Below are positions 1 through 9,251 of a DNA stretch of 64,000 nucleotides, piece after piece. Source of the stretch: Escherichia phage UB; the sequence record MH383160, one strand, 5' to 3'. The position numbers and the translations under genes were made by a program. The notes beneath the pieces are model-generated. The model saw nothing but the letters and a program-made list of their open reading frames with translations, had not been told where the DNA came from and made no database searches. Each line of letters begins with the position of its first letter. Within the stretch, counting starts at the first letter, position 1.

Positions 1-179
1 ATATATTCTGTGCAAAACTTATCTTGATATTGAGTCCCCATAAAGTACAGCAACCATAGCTCATTAACTTTAGCTCGCATTTGGTTCCATGTAAGGCTGG
101 GGTCACCGTAGACTATCCTTGTGATGGGGGTTAGTTTACGAATTATAGTTTCAAATTCATCATCAGTTAAGTGTTTCAT
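1..179 (-). CDS. Family-B small protein paralog, 5' part only (gene runs past window start)
   Basis: ATG at 179 overlaps the stop of the upstream gene (ATGA); N-terminus MKHLTDDEFETII resembles MKHLSNSEKNKII of 176..394. Confidence 0.45.
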   Translation of the reverse strand, partial: MKHLTDDEFETIIRKLTPITRIVYGDPSLTWNQMRAKVNELWLLYFMGTQYQDKFCTEY

Positions 180-394
180 TTACATTTGTCCCTTATTAGA
201 TCAGTGAGGGCAACTATGTGTGCAACAACATACTCTTCCTGAAAGTTCGTCCCCAGTACAGCCATCATGCGTATATCGGTGGTGTTTATCCTGTGTTCCC
301 TTACACATAAACCTTCTGTGTGAGGAAGTGTAAAATATTTGTTTATTGCAGCAACGATAATTTTATTCTTCTCGGAGTTACTTAAATGTTTCAT
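176..394 (-). CDS. Family-B small protein (72 aa)
   Basis: ORF; C-terminal motif LGTNFQE..V...I..L...I shared with neighbours; overlapping stop/start. Confidence 0.55.
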   Translation of the reverse strand: MKHLSNSEKNKIIVAAINKYFTLPHTEGLCVREHRINTTDIRMMAVLGTNFQEEYVVAHIVALTDLIRDKCK

Positions 395-603
395 AGTTTA
401 CTCCTGATATAATTCTGAAGTGCAATTAAGTATTCCCCTACATAATACACCTGAAAGTCTGTATCAAGGAATGCACCCATAAGTAAATCTTTTTCTAATA
501 CCCTTGATAAGTTAAGGTCTGCATTTGAAAGGTATATAAGTAAGATTTCACCCTGTGCGGAATTGAAACGTTTCTTATATTCTTCTGATGTTAAAAAAAT
601 CAT
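391..603 (-). CDS. Family-B small protein (70 aa)
   Basis: ORF; C-terminal ..GAFLDTDFQVYY...L..YIRSKL; ATGA overlap with neighbours. Confidence 0.55.
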   Translation of the reverse strand: MIFLTSEEYKKRFNSAQGEILLIYLSNADLNLSRVLEKDLLMGAFLDTDFQVYYVGEYLIALQNYIRSKL

Positions 604-815
604 AATTTGCTCCTGATATATTTCTCAAGAGATGACAAATACTTTTCCTCATAATACTTCTGATAGTCTGTTCCTAAGAATGCACCCAATAGTATATCAT
701 TTTCCAATACCTCGGCTAAGTTTAAATCAGAAGTCTCTTCGTATATTATGAGGATTTCAAGTTGTCTGGCAGCGATGCGTTCAGTATATTGATATGAGTT
801 TTCTATAATAATCAT
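600..815 (-). CDS. Family-B small protein (71 aa)
   Basis: ORF; close paralog of 391..603 (LLGAFLGTDYQKYY...YIRSKL). Confidence 0.55.
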   Translation of the reverse strand: MIIIENSYQYTERIAARQLEILIIYEETSDLNLAEVLENDILLGAFLGTDYQKYYEEKYLSSLEKYIRSKL

Positions 816-1021
816 AGTTTACTCTTAATATCTTCTATTAAAAATCGAATCCATTCTTCAACATAATCTTCCTGATGGTTTGTGTTCAGTACAGCCAACA
901 TGCGGATCTCTGCTCTTGCAACTTCAATTTCAGTTTTAGGAAGGTCTTTGCTGATATCCACCATTAAGTCCATGTATTTCAAGATAAGACCGTATGATTG
1001 GGTTCGTGTTATAGTTTTCAT
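812..1021 (-). CDS. Family-B small protein (69 aa)
   Basis: ORF; C-terminal LAVLNTNHQEDYV..WIRFLIEDIKSKL. Confidence 0.55.
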   Translation of the reverse strand: MKTITRTQSYGLILKYMDLMVDISKDLPKTEIEVARAEIRMLAVLNTNHQEDYVEEWIRFLIEDIKSKL

Positions 1022-1218
1022 TGTTTCCTCGTGGACAATATTTTATTTTTCAATGTATCCATATATTGAATCACCCATCTTTCCTGATAGTTAGTTCCCA
1101 AAGTAATCAAAAGGTATAACTCCATTCGTTCTACGTGTGTGTCTGTATTATAAATCTTTGTGAAGTTTTTACGTAACAGTGATTGATATTCTTCTTTATT
1201 TAAAATACGCATTTTCAT
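1018..1218 (-). CDS. Family-B small protein (about 64-66 aa; start 1218 or 1212)
   Basis: ORF; LITLGTNYQERWV motif. Confidence 0.5.
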   Translation of the reverse strand: MKMRILNKEEYQSLLRKNFTKIYNTDTHVERMELYLLITLGTNYQERWVIQYMDTLKNKILSTRKQ

Positions 1219-1412
1219 AGTTTACTCGTTATATCTTCAATTAAATACCAAATCCAATCGTTGACATACCTTTCCTGAAAGTTAGTTCCAATGAATAGTG
1301 CCATAATTAATTCACGCTTATAGGCAATACCACGGTCATGGGACTTATACATTATCATAGCCATGTTATTGATAAGTCTTTCGTGGTGCTGTTCTTTAGT
1401 TAAAATACGCAT
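1215..1412 (-). CDS. Family-B small protein (65 aa)
   Basis: ORF; LFIGTNFQERYVNDWIWYLIEDITSKL, paralog of 812..1021. Confidence 0.55.
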   Translation of the reverse strand: MRILTKEQHHERLINNMAMIMYKSHDRGIAYKRELIMALFIGTNFQERYVNDWIWYLIEDITSKL

Positions 1413-1661
1413 AGGGACTCCATTAAAAATAATATCAATCCTATAATATACGATTCGTATAAAAAATCAATAACATTTTATTCGTAATACCCCTTTATCG
1501 AAGTCGCTAAGGTTACCCGCCCTTTAGCCCCCTACGCATTTTGCCATAGTCCAATCCCTTTTATTTCAAAAAAGTCAAGGGATTACCTATGCATTTTTTT
1601 AACGCATAATTTTAAAAACGCCTTGACTTTTTTCTGAATCAGTACTAGATCCCTTTACGCA

Positions 1662-1871
1662 TTAATCCTTCGTTACGCTAACGATTATCTGTGTATCCCC
1701 GTAGTCCTGCCATACTTCCACGCCATCGGTCGCCCTGGTTAGTCGTGCTGTCATCTGCTTAATGGTCTTAGGCTTTAGTGGAACCTGTTGCAGTACTGTA
1801 CGCATAGCATCATTGACGTTATCATGTACGCCTGCAATAGTACCTAGAACGCTGTATACTGTATAGAACAT
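1662..1871 (-). CDS. hypothetical protein (69 aa)
   Basis: ORF with AGGAG SD upstream; GGCCGCT..AGCGGCC hairpin between it and the upstream gene. Confidence 0.5.
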   Translation of the reverse strand: MFYTVYSVLGTIAGVHDNVNDAMRTVLQQVPLKPKTIKQMTARLTRATDGVEVWQDYGDTQIIVSVTKD

Positions 1872-1939
1872 ATGTATGTACTCCTGATATAGTTAAGGCC
1901 GCTAGAGAGCGGCCTATGATGTTTGGTGATGTGTATTGC

Positions 1940-2341
1940 TTACAGCCCTAAGATAGTACGTGCTTCGTTACGTTCCGTACACAGCTGCATGATGTGAGCA
2001 AGTAAGTCCTTGCTAATGTATCCGGTGTTCATAGCTTCACGAATAGATACATCATAAGCACCGAACCCCGTGCGAACGATACGCACATCATTCAGGTTAG
2101 TATTATAGATACCGCCGAGATCAACGGCTTCGAATACTACATCAACAGAATATTCATTGTTGCCATCGTGGAAGTTTTCCAGTGCAATAGTATTGGATAC
2201 CGCCCAACGTTTGCAGTTTCCAATGATGCGGCACTGTTCCGGTTGGATAGTGCCATTACTTACAGCGTACTCCAGTGCATCTTTACCAAAAGTCCGAGCC
2301 AGTACTAAAACGTCAGCGAAGGAAGTGATTGAGAAGGTCAT
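1940..2341 (-). CDS. hypothetical protein (133 aa)
   Basis: Start moved to the ATG at 2341, which has an AAGGAG SD; the track start at 2404 lies inside the promoter/5'-UTR hairpin. Confidence 0.55.
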   Translation of the reverse strand: MTFSITSFADVLVLARTFGKDALEYAVSNGTIQPEQCRIIGNCKRWAVSNTIALENFHDGNNEYSVDVVFEAVDLGGIYNTNLNDVRIVRTGFGAYDVSIREAMNTGYISKDLLAHIMQLCTERNEARTILGL

Positions 2342-2430
2342 GATAAAACTCCTTAATTTAGGAGGGAGAACCATTTCCCCCTCTCTATGTAAAACATTAT
2401 ACATGAATCTAAGTACTATGCAAGTACTTT

Positions 2431-2763
2431 TTACATTTTGATACCTGGATTCAGGTAGCGGTGAGATCCATATTCTGGATCGGTTTCGGTCCAGTACTGT
2501 AAATCAATAGTGCCTTTAGCGTTAATCTTGTCTACCAGCTTATTCATCTTAGCGTATACTACATCGGCATCGATGCGTTTAAAGCCAGTAGCTTTAGTGA
2601 AGTAGTAGTGATTTGCTTCACTATCATTGAGGATATACCGAGCACCGTTTGCAGTCTGTGCGATAATGATTGAGTATTCTACTTCACGATCCAGTCCGTC
2701 GATGAATACAGATGAAACATTGGTACGGATGAAAGCTTTAACGATAGCGATTGAAGTACTCAT
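2431..2763 (-). CDS. hypothetical protein (110 aa)
   Basis: ORF; TTGACA-N16-TATAAT promoter upstream when read on the minus strand. Confidence 0.55.
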   Translation of the reverse strand: MSTSIAIVKAFIRTNVSSVFIDGLDREVEYSIIIAQTANGARYILNDSEANHYYFTKATGFKRIDADVVYAKMNKLVDKINAKGTIDLQYWTETDPEYGSHRYLNPGIKM

Positions 2764-2914
2764 TTTGAATCTCCTAACTTTGTGGGCCGTCGCACCATTG
2801 CCGCCCTACGAGATACATTATCGCAGTACTGATATACTTTGTCAATACTTTTTTATTAATAGTTTTAGTTCCACCAGCAGATAGTTACTCACCGTTATTA
2901 ACTATATATTTTGG

Positions 2915-2997
2915 ATACACCTATGCACCCTGTGGGCTAGTTTTTGTCTATGCGTATATAATAGCAAAGGGACTGACCGGAGTCAATCCTTTTTTTA
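2915..2997 (-). repeat. About 85-bp intergenic repeat, copy 1
   Basis: ATACAC..GCACCCTGTGGGC..TATATAATAGCAAAGGGACTGACCGGAGTCAATCCC plus T run; near-identical copies at 5168..5255, 8439..8521, 12461..12546. Confidence 0.6.
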
Positions 2998-3007
2998 TTC
3001 TTTTTTG

Positions 3008-3208
3008 TTAGATGATTCTCCAATCATCAACGATCATGGTAAGATACCGAACCAGTGATTCGAGTGATTCGTGTTCTCGATAGTCTGCCGCTCCACCAGC
3101 GGTACAAGTACAGCCGATTACGCCGTTTTGTAGTTCCTGGATCTTTACGTCGATCTGGTTGGCTTTAGCTTCTTTCAGTACTTCAACCAGGGCGATAGCG
3201 ATAGACAT
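3008..3208 (-). CDS. hypothetical protein (66 aa)
   Basis: ORF with SD, promoter plus hairpin upstream, hairpin terminator downstream. Confidence 0.55.
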   Translation of the reverse strand: MSIAIALVEVLKEAKANQIDVKIQELQNGVIGCTCTAGGAADYREHESLESLVRYLTMIVDDWRII

Positions 3209-3229
3209 AATGTTTTACTCCAAACTATT

Positions 3230-3292
3230 GGCGGGAGAACTATTCCCCCGCTCTATGTAAAACATTATACATTACTGGTTAGTACTGTCAAA
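3230..3292 (-). promoter_or_regulatory. Early promoter plus 5'-UTR stem-loop cassette (PeSL-like)
   Basis: On the minus strand: -35 TTGACA, 16-17 nt spacer, -10 TATAAT, then hairpin GCGGGGGAAtagTTCTCCCGC and SD of 3008..3208. Confidence 0.6.
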
Positions 3293-3298
3293 TAGTTT

Positions 3299-3556
3299 TT
3301 ATGAAATATCTTCGATGTAGTCGGCCCATTTCATTTTTTCAGTACTGTCAATGGCTACCGGATTATTTGGATCAAACCATTCACCATCCCCGCAATACAT
3401 ACCCACGGCAACGGTTTTATAGCCATCCTGGGCAGTACTCCACGACATAGCACGATAGATATGGCCTTTAACTGGTTGCAGTACTGGTAACGTTTTATGG
3501 TCTTCTACGTAGGCCATAGCTTGAGGATTTACCCGATATTGTGTGAATTGTTCCAT
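3299..3556 (-). CDS. hypothetical protein (85 aa)
   Basis: ORF; TTGACA/TAATGT-like promoter and GGGGAAA SD upstream. Confidence 0.5.
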   Translation of the reverse strand: MEQFTQYRVNPQAMAYVEDHKTLPVLQPVKGHIYRAMSWSTAQDGYKTVAVGMYCGDGEWFDPNNPVAIDSTEKMKWADYIEDIS

Positions 3557-3632
3557 TATGTTTCCCCTTGTTGTTAGTAAAGTTATTACATCAGTACTAT
3601 CAAGCTATGTCAATAGTACTGAAATAAAACTT

Positions 3633-3857
3633 TTAGATTAGATTATTGATGCCGTTGATGGTAGACTCGCTTTCTTCTTTCTCCCATTGGCGGTAGTACT
3701 TCCATGCTTCATGATATGTGGCGATTAGTTCATCTTTTTGATCCTGAGTACATGCCAGTACTGAATCACTGTAAGCGGTGTTATAGATAGAATCAAATGA
3801 TTTCTTATCTGCCGCCAGGTTTACTACTGCCCGGATCAGGTCATCGTGATTAGCCAT
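3633..3857 (-). CDS. hypothetical protein (74 aa)
   Basis: Start moved to MANHDDL (AGGAG SD); the track start lies in the 5'-UTR hairpin. Confidence 0.5.
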   Translation of the reverse strand: MANHDDLIRAVVNLAADKKSFDSIYNTAYSDSVLACTQDQKDELIATYHEAWKYYRQWEKEESESTINGINNLI

Positions 3858-3925
3858 CGTATTACTCCTTATTAGTGGGGGAGGATATCTCCCCCTATGC
3901 AAAACATTATACTTTGTTTTAGTTA

Positions 3926-4189
3926 TTATGCAAGTACTTTTTTCATATAAACATTAAATTCTACACCGCCGTAACCTTCTACGATGATATGTTTTGCGTT
4001 ATCACGTTTGCACATAGTGAAACCGTTGTTGATATGTTCTGCATTTTCCAGGGATACATCACCGATTGCAGCACATACGGCACTAATAACAGTATTCCGC
4101 AAAGTACTGGTATCATTAGCGGTCATAGTAGTTTGCAGTACTACGTTGTCGTATACGTGTGCATTGATAGTGATTTCGATAGTGTTCAT
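3926..4189 (-). CDS. hypothetical protein (87 aa)
   Basis: ORF; promoter plus hairpin cassette and SD upstream. Confidence 0.55.
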   Translation of the reverse strand: MNTIEITINAHVYDNVVLQTTMTANDTSTLRNTVISAVCAAIGDVSLENAEHINNGFTMCKRDNAKHIIVEGYGGVEFNVYMKKVLA

Positions 4190-4275
4190 GGTGTATCTCC
4201 TGGACTAGCGGGAGAACTATTCCCCCGCTCTATGTAAAACATTATACGTTAATCTAACTACAATGCAAGTACTTT

Positions 4276-4467
4276 TTAAATTTTATTTCCGATATAGTCC
4301 GGCCTGTTCTTTTCGGTCATACGCTTAAGCATTTTTTGCATATGGCTTATTGCTTGTAGTGTATCCTCTTCCAGGGATGAATCGAGATAATCAGGATCAT
4401 TCTTTACCTTGCAATGATTATGATAGCGTAGTACTGCCAGTACTTTTTTAACTTCTTCAACTGTCAT
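4276..4467 (-). CDS. hypothetical protein (63 aa)
   Basis: ORF; start overlaps the stop of 4464..4736, so translationally coupled. Confidence 0.5.
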   Translation of the reverse strand: MTVEEVKKVLAVLRYHNHCKVKNDPDYLDSSLEEDTLQAISHMQKMLKRMTEKNRPDYIGNKI

Positions 4468-4736
4468 AATAAGTACTCCACTTCGTTAGCTTTCAGGTTA
4501 GTATCAATCATCAGTGGTTTTTTGTAGTCCACAAAACGATTAGTTTTCTCGATGGCGAATCCCATATAATCCAGCTTACTTACCGTGCATTCATTCTTAA
4601 AAACTTCTTTCGCTGCATTGATGGCTGATTCAATTGATAACCGACCATCTAAGTTAATGTTTCCAAATGATCCACCAGCAGAAGTAGGATTACCGTTCAT
4701 ATCTTTAATGATCATAGTAGCGGAGTAGCTAGACAT
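4464..4736 (-). CDS. hypothetical protein (90 aa)
   Basis: ORF; promoter plus hairpin cassette upstream. Confidence 0.55.
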   Translation of the reverse strand: MSSYSATMIIKDMNGNPTSAGGSFGNINLDGRLSIESAINAAKEVFKNECTVSKLDYMGFAIEKTNRFVDYKKPLMIDTNLKANEVEYLL

Positions 4737-4758
4737 AATTTTGTTTCCTTTTATTGGT

Positions 4759-4817
4759 GGGGAGAACTATTCTCCCCTTGATGTAAACTATTATACAGTA
4801 CTGATATACTTTGTCAA
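4759..4817 (-). promoter_or_regulatory. Early promoter plus 5'-UTR stem-loop cassette (PeSL-like)
   Basis: Minus strand: GTATTGACAAAG, spacer, TATAAT, AGTTTACATCAA, hairpin GGGGAGAAtagTTCTCCCC; same architecture repeats upstream of about 30 genes between 2.3 and 19.6 kb. Confidence 0.6.
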
Positions 4818-4820
4818 TAC

Positions 4821-5042
4821 TTAATTACGTTTAAAATGATATGTGCCTTTATCATCCTGTACGCCCCATACTGATTTACCATCAACACCAGTGAAACCGG
4901 ATTGTAATTCAATATGGAAACCATTATTATCAACTACAAAAACTTTTTTATTTTCATCCCGATAACATTGATATTCTGAATCAACATTAAAGGCCGCATC
5001 ATTCAGAAGATTGGAAGCGTAAATGCAAGTCATTGTAGTCAT
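4821..5042 (-). CDS. hypothetical protein (about 73 aa)
   Basis: Start moved downstream of the 5'-UTR hairpin (MTTMTCIY). Confidence 0.45.
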   Translation of the reverse strand: MTTMTCIYASNLLNDAAFNVDSEYQCYRDENKKVFVVDNNGFHIELQSGFTGVDGKSVWGVQDDKGTYHFKRN

Positions 5043-5167
5043 GATTTTATTCCTTATTGCCAGGGAGAACCATTTCCCCCTCTCGATATAAAACATTATA
5101 CTTGATTCTAAGTACAATGCAAGTACTTTTTAAAAATAGTTTTCAGTACTGAATACTTATATAATAG

Positions 5168-5255
5168 ATACACTTATGCACCCTATGGGTCAGTGAGTTA
5201 TCTCTCAATGGATATATAATATCAAAGGGACTGACCGGAGTCAATCCCTTTTTTA
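5168..5255 (-). repeat. About 85-bp intergenic repeat, copy 2
   Basis: Direct comparison with 2915..2997. Confidence 0.6.
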
Positions 5256-5262
5256 ATCTTTT

Positions 5263-5847
5263 TTATCGTGTTATAGTTACGGCTTTTACATCACGCTTTT
5301 TATAGTACTGATTCCAGATATTGCGGGTTAAACCGTAATCAAGTACTTTAATAAGTCCATTACGATCCTGGCCGATATTCTGTTTTCTGATATCTCTTAT
5401 CGTTAGTGTTGATAATGTATCATCAACGTGTTGTAGTGCATCAGCAAAGCGGTGCTGGCGTTCGATTGCATTACGTTTAATATTGTACTTTAATTCATTG
5501 CACGCGTTTACGTGCTTCACACTGCCTTTGCTTGCAGTACTCAACCGATCCATAACGATAAACATATTATCAGGATCGCATAAATGCATATGCACTTTAG
5601 CAAAATACTGTTTCAACTGAGGGCGGTCATAGTCTAAAAAATTCCATACCTTACATTCAGTTTCATTTTGTTCTACACCCGCATCACAATTAGCGACCTT
5701 AATCACTAACCGATCATTTAAAGCGAATACAATACGGGAAGAACCCGCACCGATGATCTCCAGACCAGCTAACCGACAAGCTGAAAGGATCTCTTTGTTG
5801 GTTTCCATTTCTGACAGGGTACGGATGAATTTAGTATAATTACGCAT
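5263..5847 (-). CDS. putative protein-kinase-like protein (194 aa)
   Basis: IGAGSSRIVF...VIKV resembles a glycine-rich loop plus catalytic Lys; DIRKQNIGQDRNG and VLDYG resemble catalytic and DFG-like motifs; AGGAGAA SD at corrected start. Confidence 0.5.
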   Translation of the reverse strand: MRNYTKFIRTLSEMETNKEILSACRLAGLEIIGAGSSRIVFALNDRLVIKVANCDAGVEQNETECKVWNFLDYDRPQLKQYFAKVHMHLCDPDNMFIVMDRLSTASKGSVKHVNACNELKYNIKRNAIERQHRFADALQHVDDTLSTLTIRDIRKQNIGQDRNGLIKVLDYGLTRNIWNQYYKKRDVKAVTITR

Positions 5848-5878
5848 TGCATGTTCTCCTTGAGTTAATGAAACTATC

Positions 5879-6121
5879 TTACAGTACTTTACTATCAATG
5901 GCAACTACTTTTTTCACACTAACCGCGTGAATCACTTCCTTAGTGTTTTTAGTACTGAATACTTTCGCCGTGCCTTGTTCTACTGCAATACGATAACGAC
6001 CGTTAACATCAACCATATTAATAAAGTCCGGTGTACTAAACCGAGTAGTTTTACATTTCAGTACTGTTAACAGTTCCACCAGTGATGTAGTTTCTTTGAT
6101 ACGTTTTTCTAAAGTAATCAT
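5879..6121 (-). CDS. hypothetical protein (80 aa), paralog of 6179..6397 at DNA level upstream
   Basis: Start moved to MITLEKRIKE; 5' region nearly identical to that of the next gene. Confidence 0.5.
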   Translation of the reverse strand: MITLEKRIKETTSLVELLTVLKCKTTRFSTPDFINMVDVNGRYRIAVEQGTAKVFSTKNTKEVIHAVSVKKVVAIDSKVL

Positions 6122-6178
6122 TTTGTTTTCCCCGTGTTGGTATGTACATATAGTACTAAAACATTTGAGTACTGTCAA

Positions 6179-6397
6179 TTAGATAATATTATATTTCTTA
6201 AAATAAAATGCGTCCTGTGTTGGTTGATACTCAATGCCATTGCCGTTATTGACTTCAACTAATAAACCTTTGTCAATAAGTTTTTTAATAGTACGATACC
6301 CTTGTTGAAAATTGGTAAAATGTGAATCATTACGAAAGGTATAACCGTGCTTAACTGCTTCATCAATAGTTTTCTTTTCGATTTTAGATAATTTCAT
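6179..6397 (-). CDS. hypothetical protein (72 aa)
   Basis: Start moved to MKLSKIEKK; TTGACA promoter and GGGAGAAAC SD upstream. Confidence 0.5.
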   Translation of the reverse strand: MKLSKIEKKTIDEAVKHGYTFRNDSHFTNFQQGYRTIKKLIDKGLLVEVNNGNGIEYQPTQDAFYFKKYNII

Positions 6398-6450
6398 TTT
6401 GTTTCTCCCGTGTTGGTATAGATATATAATACTAAAACATTTGAGTACTG

Positions 6451-6705
6451 TCAACGTGATATTAGTTTTATTTTCTTATTATACTGTTGATGCTCATAAA
6501 GGTTTATCTTTCCAGTATTCTCAATTACTATTCTGTTGTTGGTGTCCACGTCGATTACACGTAGTTTCCCGTTGCTTAACTTCCTAGGCAATAGGTTACC
6601 ATTAATAAACTCATTAGCAAGCTGTACGGCCTTTGTGATGATTCTCTGAGGTGCTTTATAGTGTACCCGTAAGATGTTATCTTTATATAGTTGAACCTTA
6701 ATCAT
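6451..6705 (-). CDS. hypothetical protein (84 aa)
   Basis: ORF; SD-like AGGACAAAC upstream. Confidence 0.5.
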   Translation of the reverse strand: MIKVQLYKDNILRVHYKAPQRIITKAVQLANEFINGNLLPRKLSNGKLRVIDVDTNNRIVIENTGKINLYEHQQYNKKIKLISR

Positions 6706-6716
6706 TTTGTTTGTCC

Positions 6717-6744
6717 TATAAAAAAGGCGGGAACTGATCCCGCC
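6717..6744 (-). terminator. Rho-independent terminator
   Basis: Minus strand GGCGGGAtcagTTCCCGCC followed by a T run, just 3' of gene 6767..7171. Confidence 0.6.
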
Positions 6745-6766
6745 GTGTTGTTAGTACTGCAAGTTA

Positions 6767-7171
6767 TTAGATAACCTGGCGGCGTTTACTGTATACTGTT
6801 ACACGATTACCCTTACGATCATGTCGGATCTCTTTCTGGTTGCGAATCAGTTCACTTGGACGCTTAAGGTTTGCCAGGTGATCCGCGTGAGTCCATGCGG
6901 TGTGGTTTACCTGTACTTTGATATCAGAATCAGCGATAAACTCATCTTGTGCATCAAGTATTGACGCCAGTAAATCCGCTCGTTTTAGTTCTGCTGCTGT
7001 TAGTACTGGCTCCGGTGAATTCACAATATCAGAGATCTCTTTGAACTGTACGGCCCAGCGTTGACCTTTCGGTGCATCTTTGCCCATGTCTTTAAATGTT
7101 TCGCCTTCCTCGCGTGCAACAATACGGGCAGCTTCACGGGTAGCGTAAAATTTAGTAATCATGGTATACAT
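6767..7171 (-). CDS. hypothetical protein, paralog of 18477..18743
   Basis: Shares YFATRE.AR..AR..G.TFKDMG..RWAV and C-terminal HDRKGNRVTVYS with 18477..18743. Confidence 0.55.
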   Translation of the reverse strand: MYTMITKFYATREAARIVAREEGETFKDMGKDAPKGQRWAVQFKEISDIVNSPEPVLTAAELKRADLLASILDAQDEFIADSDIKVQVNHTAWTHADHLANLKRPSELIRNQKEIRHDRKGNRVTVYSKRRQVI

Positions 7172-7257
7172 CCTATTAGTTAAGTTAGTACTACAAGTTA
7201 GAGTCTATTATAAAGTACTATCTGGGCAATGTCAAATAGTACTTTAAATGGATTCTA

Positions 7258-7581
7258 TTACATGTCTTTCTTACGTTTTACATCGTGGTAGCGAACTGTT
7301 ATTTCTTTGTTGATCTCTTCCTCGATGCGGTGAATAACTTTTTCTTTCGGGTTGAAACCTATAACGGTTTCTTTAATGATCTCCAAGCCCGTGTATTCGC
7401 CTTGTGTACCGTAACCGTATGTAAAGGTTTCGTGTCCCAGGTCTTCCCAGCGGTCGCCAATTAACGCAGACACGTAGCAAGAGTGGTAAGTATTGCCGTG
7501 TGAATCAGTCCACCGATTAACATTAATGTCAAAGGAGGTTACAATTTTCAGTTCCACTTTCTGGGCAAGGATCATAGCCAT
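7258..7581 (-). CDS. hypothetical protein (107 aa)
   Basis: Start moved to MAMILAQ; the track start lies in the 5'-UTR hairpin. Confidence 0.5.
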   Translation of the reverse strand: MAMILAQKVELKIVTSFDINVNRWTDSHGNTYHSCYVSALIGDRWEDLGHETFTYGYGTQGEYTGLEIIKETVIGFNPKEKVIHRIEEEINKEITVRYHDVKRKKDM

Positions 7582-7669
7582 TTTTATTTCTCTCTCTTTG
7601 TTAGGAGGGGAACCGTTTCCCCTCACTTGATGTAAACTATTATACAGTACTAAGATACTTTGTCAATAC

Positions 7670-7852
7670 TTATTTTTTGGAAAGTTTACGCATTAATTCT
7701 ACGCTTTCTTGTGAACGTTTTGCTACCTGGCAAGCTGTATGGGTAGTAAACATTTTTGTATAGTCTGACGCTTTGCCACCGAACCGAGCGGCACGTTCAC
7801 GGGCACTTGGAACTAATACTATTTCTTTCTTGCAGATAGTGCACTTAGCCAT
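7670..7852 (-). CDS. hypothetical small basic protein (60 aa)
   Basis: ORF; promoter plus hairpin cassette upstream, near-identical to that of the neighbouring gene. Confidence 0.5.
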   Translation of the reverse strand: MAKCTICKKEIVLVPSARERAARFGGKASDYTKMFTTHTACQVAKRSQESVELMRKLSKK

Positions 7853-7939
7853 TTTTATTTCTCTCTTTTAGTTAGGAGGGGAACCATTCCCCTCGCTTGA
7901 TGTAAACTATTATACAGTACTAAGATACTTTGTCAATAC

Positions 7940-8215
7940 TTAATTATTGTAAATGTCGTGAATAGTGATAAAGTTTTTACGACCGTAAACCTGCAAATCA
8001 GTATCAATAAAGTGCTTATCTAGTACATCCTCGACGCTTAACGCGGTGTCGTGGATATCTTCGTAGAATTGAGGATCTACAATCTTGCTTAAGTCATCCG
8101 GCGTTAACTTATCATTTAACCATTGAACCGCCTGGATATCTGCTTCACGTTTCCAGTCTTCCAGGTTAGTAGTCAGTACTTGCTCGATTTCGTTAGCTGT
8201 CAGTAGAATCCGCAT
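7940..8215 (-). CDS. hypothetical acidic protein (91 aa)
   Basis: ORF; promoter cassette upstream. Confidence 0.5.
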   Translation of the reverse strand: MRILLTANEIEQVLTTNLEDWKREADIQAVQWLNDKLTPDDLSKIVDPQFYEDIHDTALSVEDVLDKHFIDTDLQVYGRKNFITIHDIYNN

Positions 8216-8438
8216 TTTTATGTTTCCTTATCAGTGGTTGATGTAAGTATTATACTCTTTTACTTTCTATTGTCAAACTATTTTATCAGGGGAGGTTTTC
8301 TTATGTCTTACTCCTGGACTACTTAACGGGGTTACTTGTTTCGTTCCCCGTCCTGATGTAAAACATTATACTTGATTCTAAGTACAATGCAAGTACTTTT
8401 TAAAAATAGTTTTCAGTACTAGCCACCAGCATATAATA

Positions 8439-8521
8439 GATACATTTATGCACCCGGTGGGCTGAATTGTTTCTATGCGTATATAATAGCAAAGGGACTG
8501 ACCGGAGTCAATCCCTTTTTC
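8439..8521 (-). repeat. About 85-bp intergenic repeat, copy 3
   Basis: Direct comparison with 2915..2997. Confidence 0.6.
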
Positions 8522-8955
8522 AAATATTTTTAAACTTCTTTCGGGTTGCGATATGTGATAGCGTTCGGGTACATTTGTTTAATGTTATTCCATGCCTGGT
8601 TAACATTGTAACCACTTGAGCGAATCAGTTGGTTACTACCGACACCTTGAAACACTACTTCGAATAAGAATTCTTTCATGCTTTCACCTCGCGATCTGCT
8701 TTACCTTTACGCCAGGACATTACTAATTGTTCGCGTTGCCATAAGTCGAGTGATACAAAAAGTTTTGCGGTATCACTTTTAGGATACTCTCCAGTAGTAC
8801 CTAACCGATAAAACAGATCTTTCAGTACTGATAATTCTACTTGAATCATTTTATTACTCCTGATTGCGTTAATACTTCTACAATTGCATGAATGATCATA
8901 AGTACAGCTAAAACAATAATCATCGGATTCATTTGCATAAGCTGTACTCCTTCTA

Positions 8956-9168
8956 TTAATCTTTCAGCCAATGATCTTGAATGAATTTTTCACAGAATCC
9001 CTGTTTCATGGATTCTAACAGGCGTTCGCGGTGAGCGGCGGCATATTGCTCAGTACTATGCGTTACGCCAGGCTGATAACGTGATACCCCATCCGGTCCG
9101 ATGTATTGTACATCCCACGGTTTTTCGTTAGTATCAGACCATTTACGAACGATTAGTTGACCTTGCAT
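8956..9168 (-). CDS. hypothetical protein (70 aa)
   Basis: ORF; promoter plus hairpin cassette and AGAGGAAAG SD upstream. Confidence 0.55.
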   Translation of the reverse strand: MQGQLIVRKWSDTNEKPWDVQYIGPDGVSRYQPGVTHSTEQYAAAHRERLLESMKQGFCEKFIQDHWLKD

Positions 9169-9251
9169 TTTTCTTTCCTCTCAGTGGGGAGAATCATTTC
9201 TCCCCTTCATGTAAACTATTATACAGTACTGGGTTGCATTGTCAATAGTTT

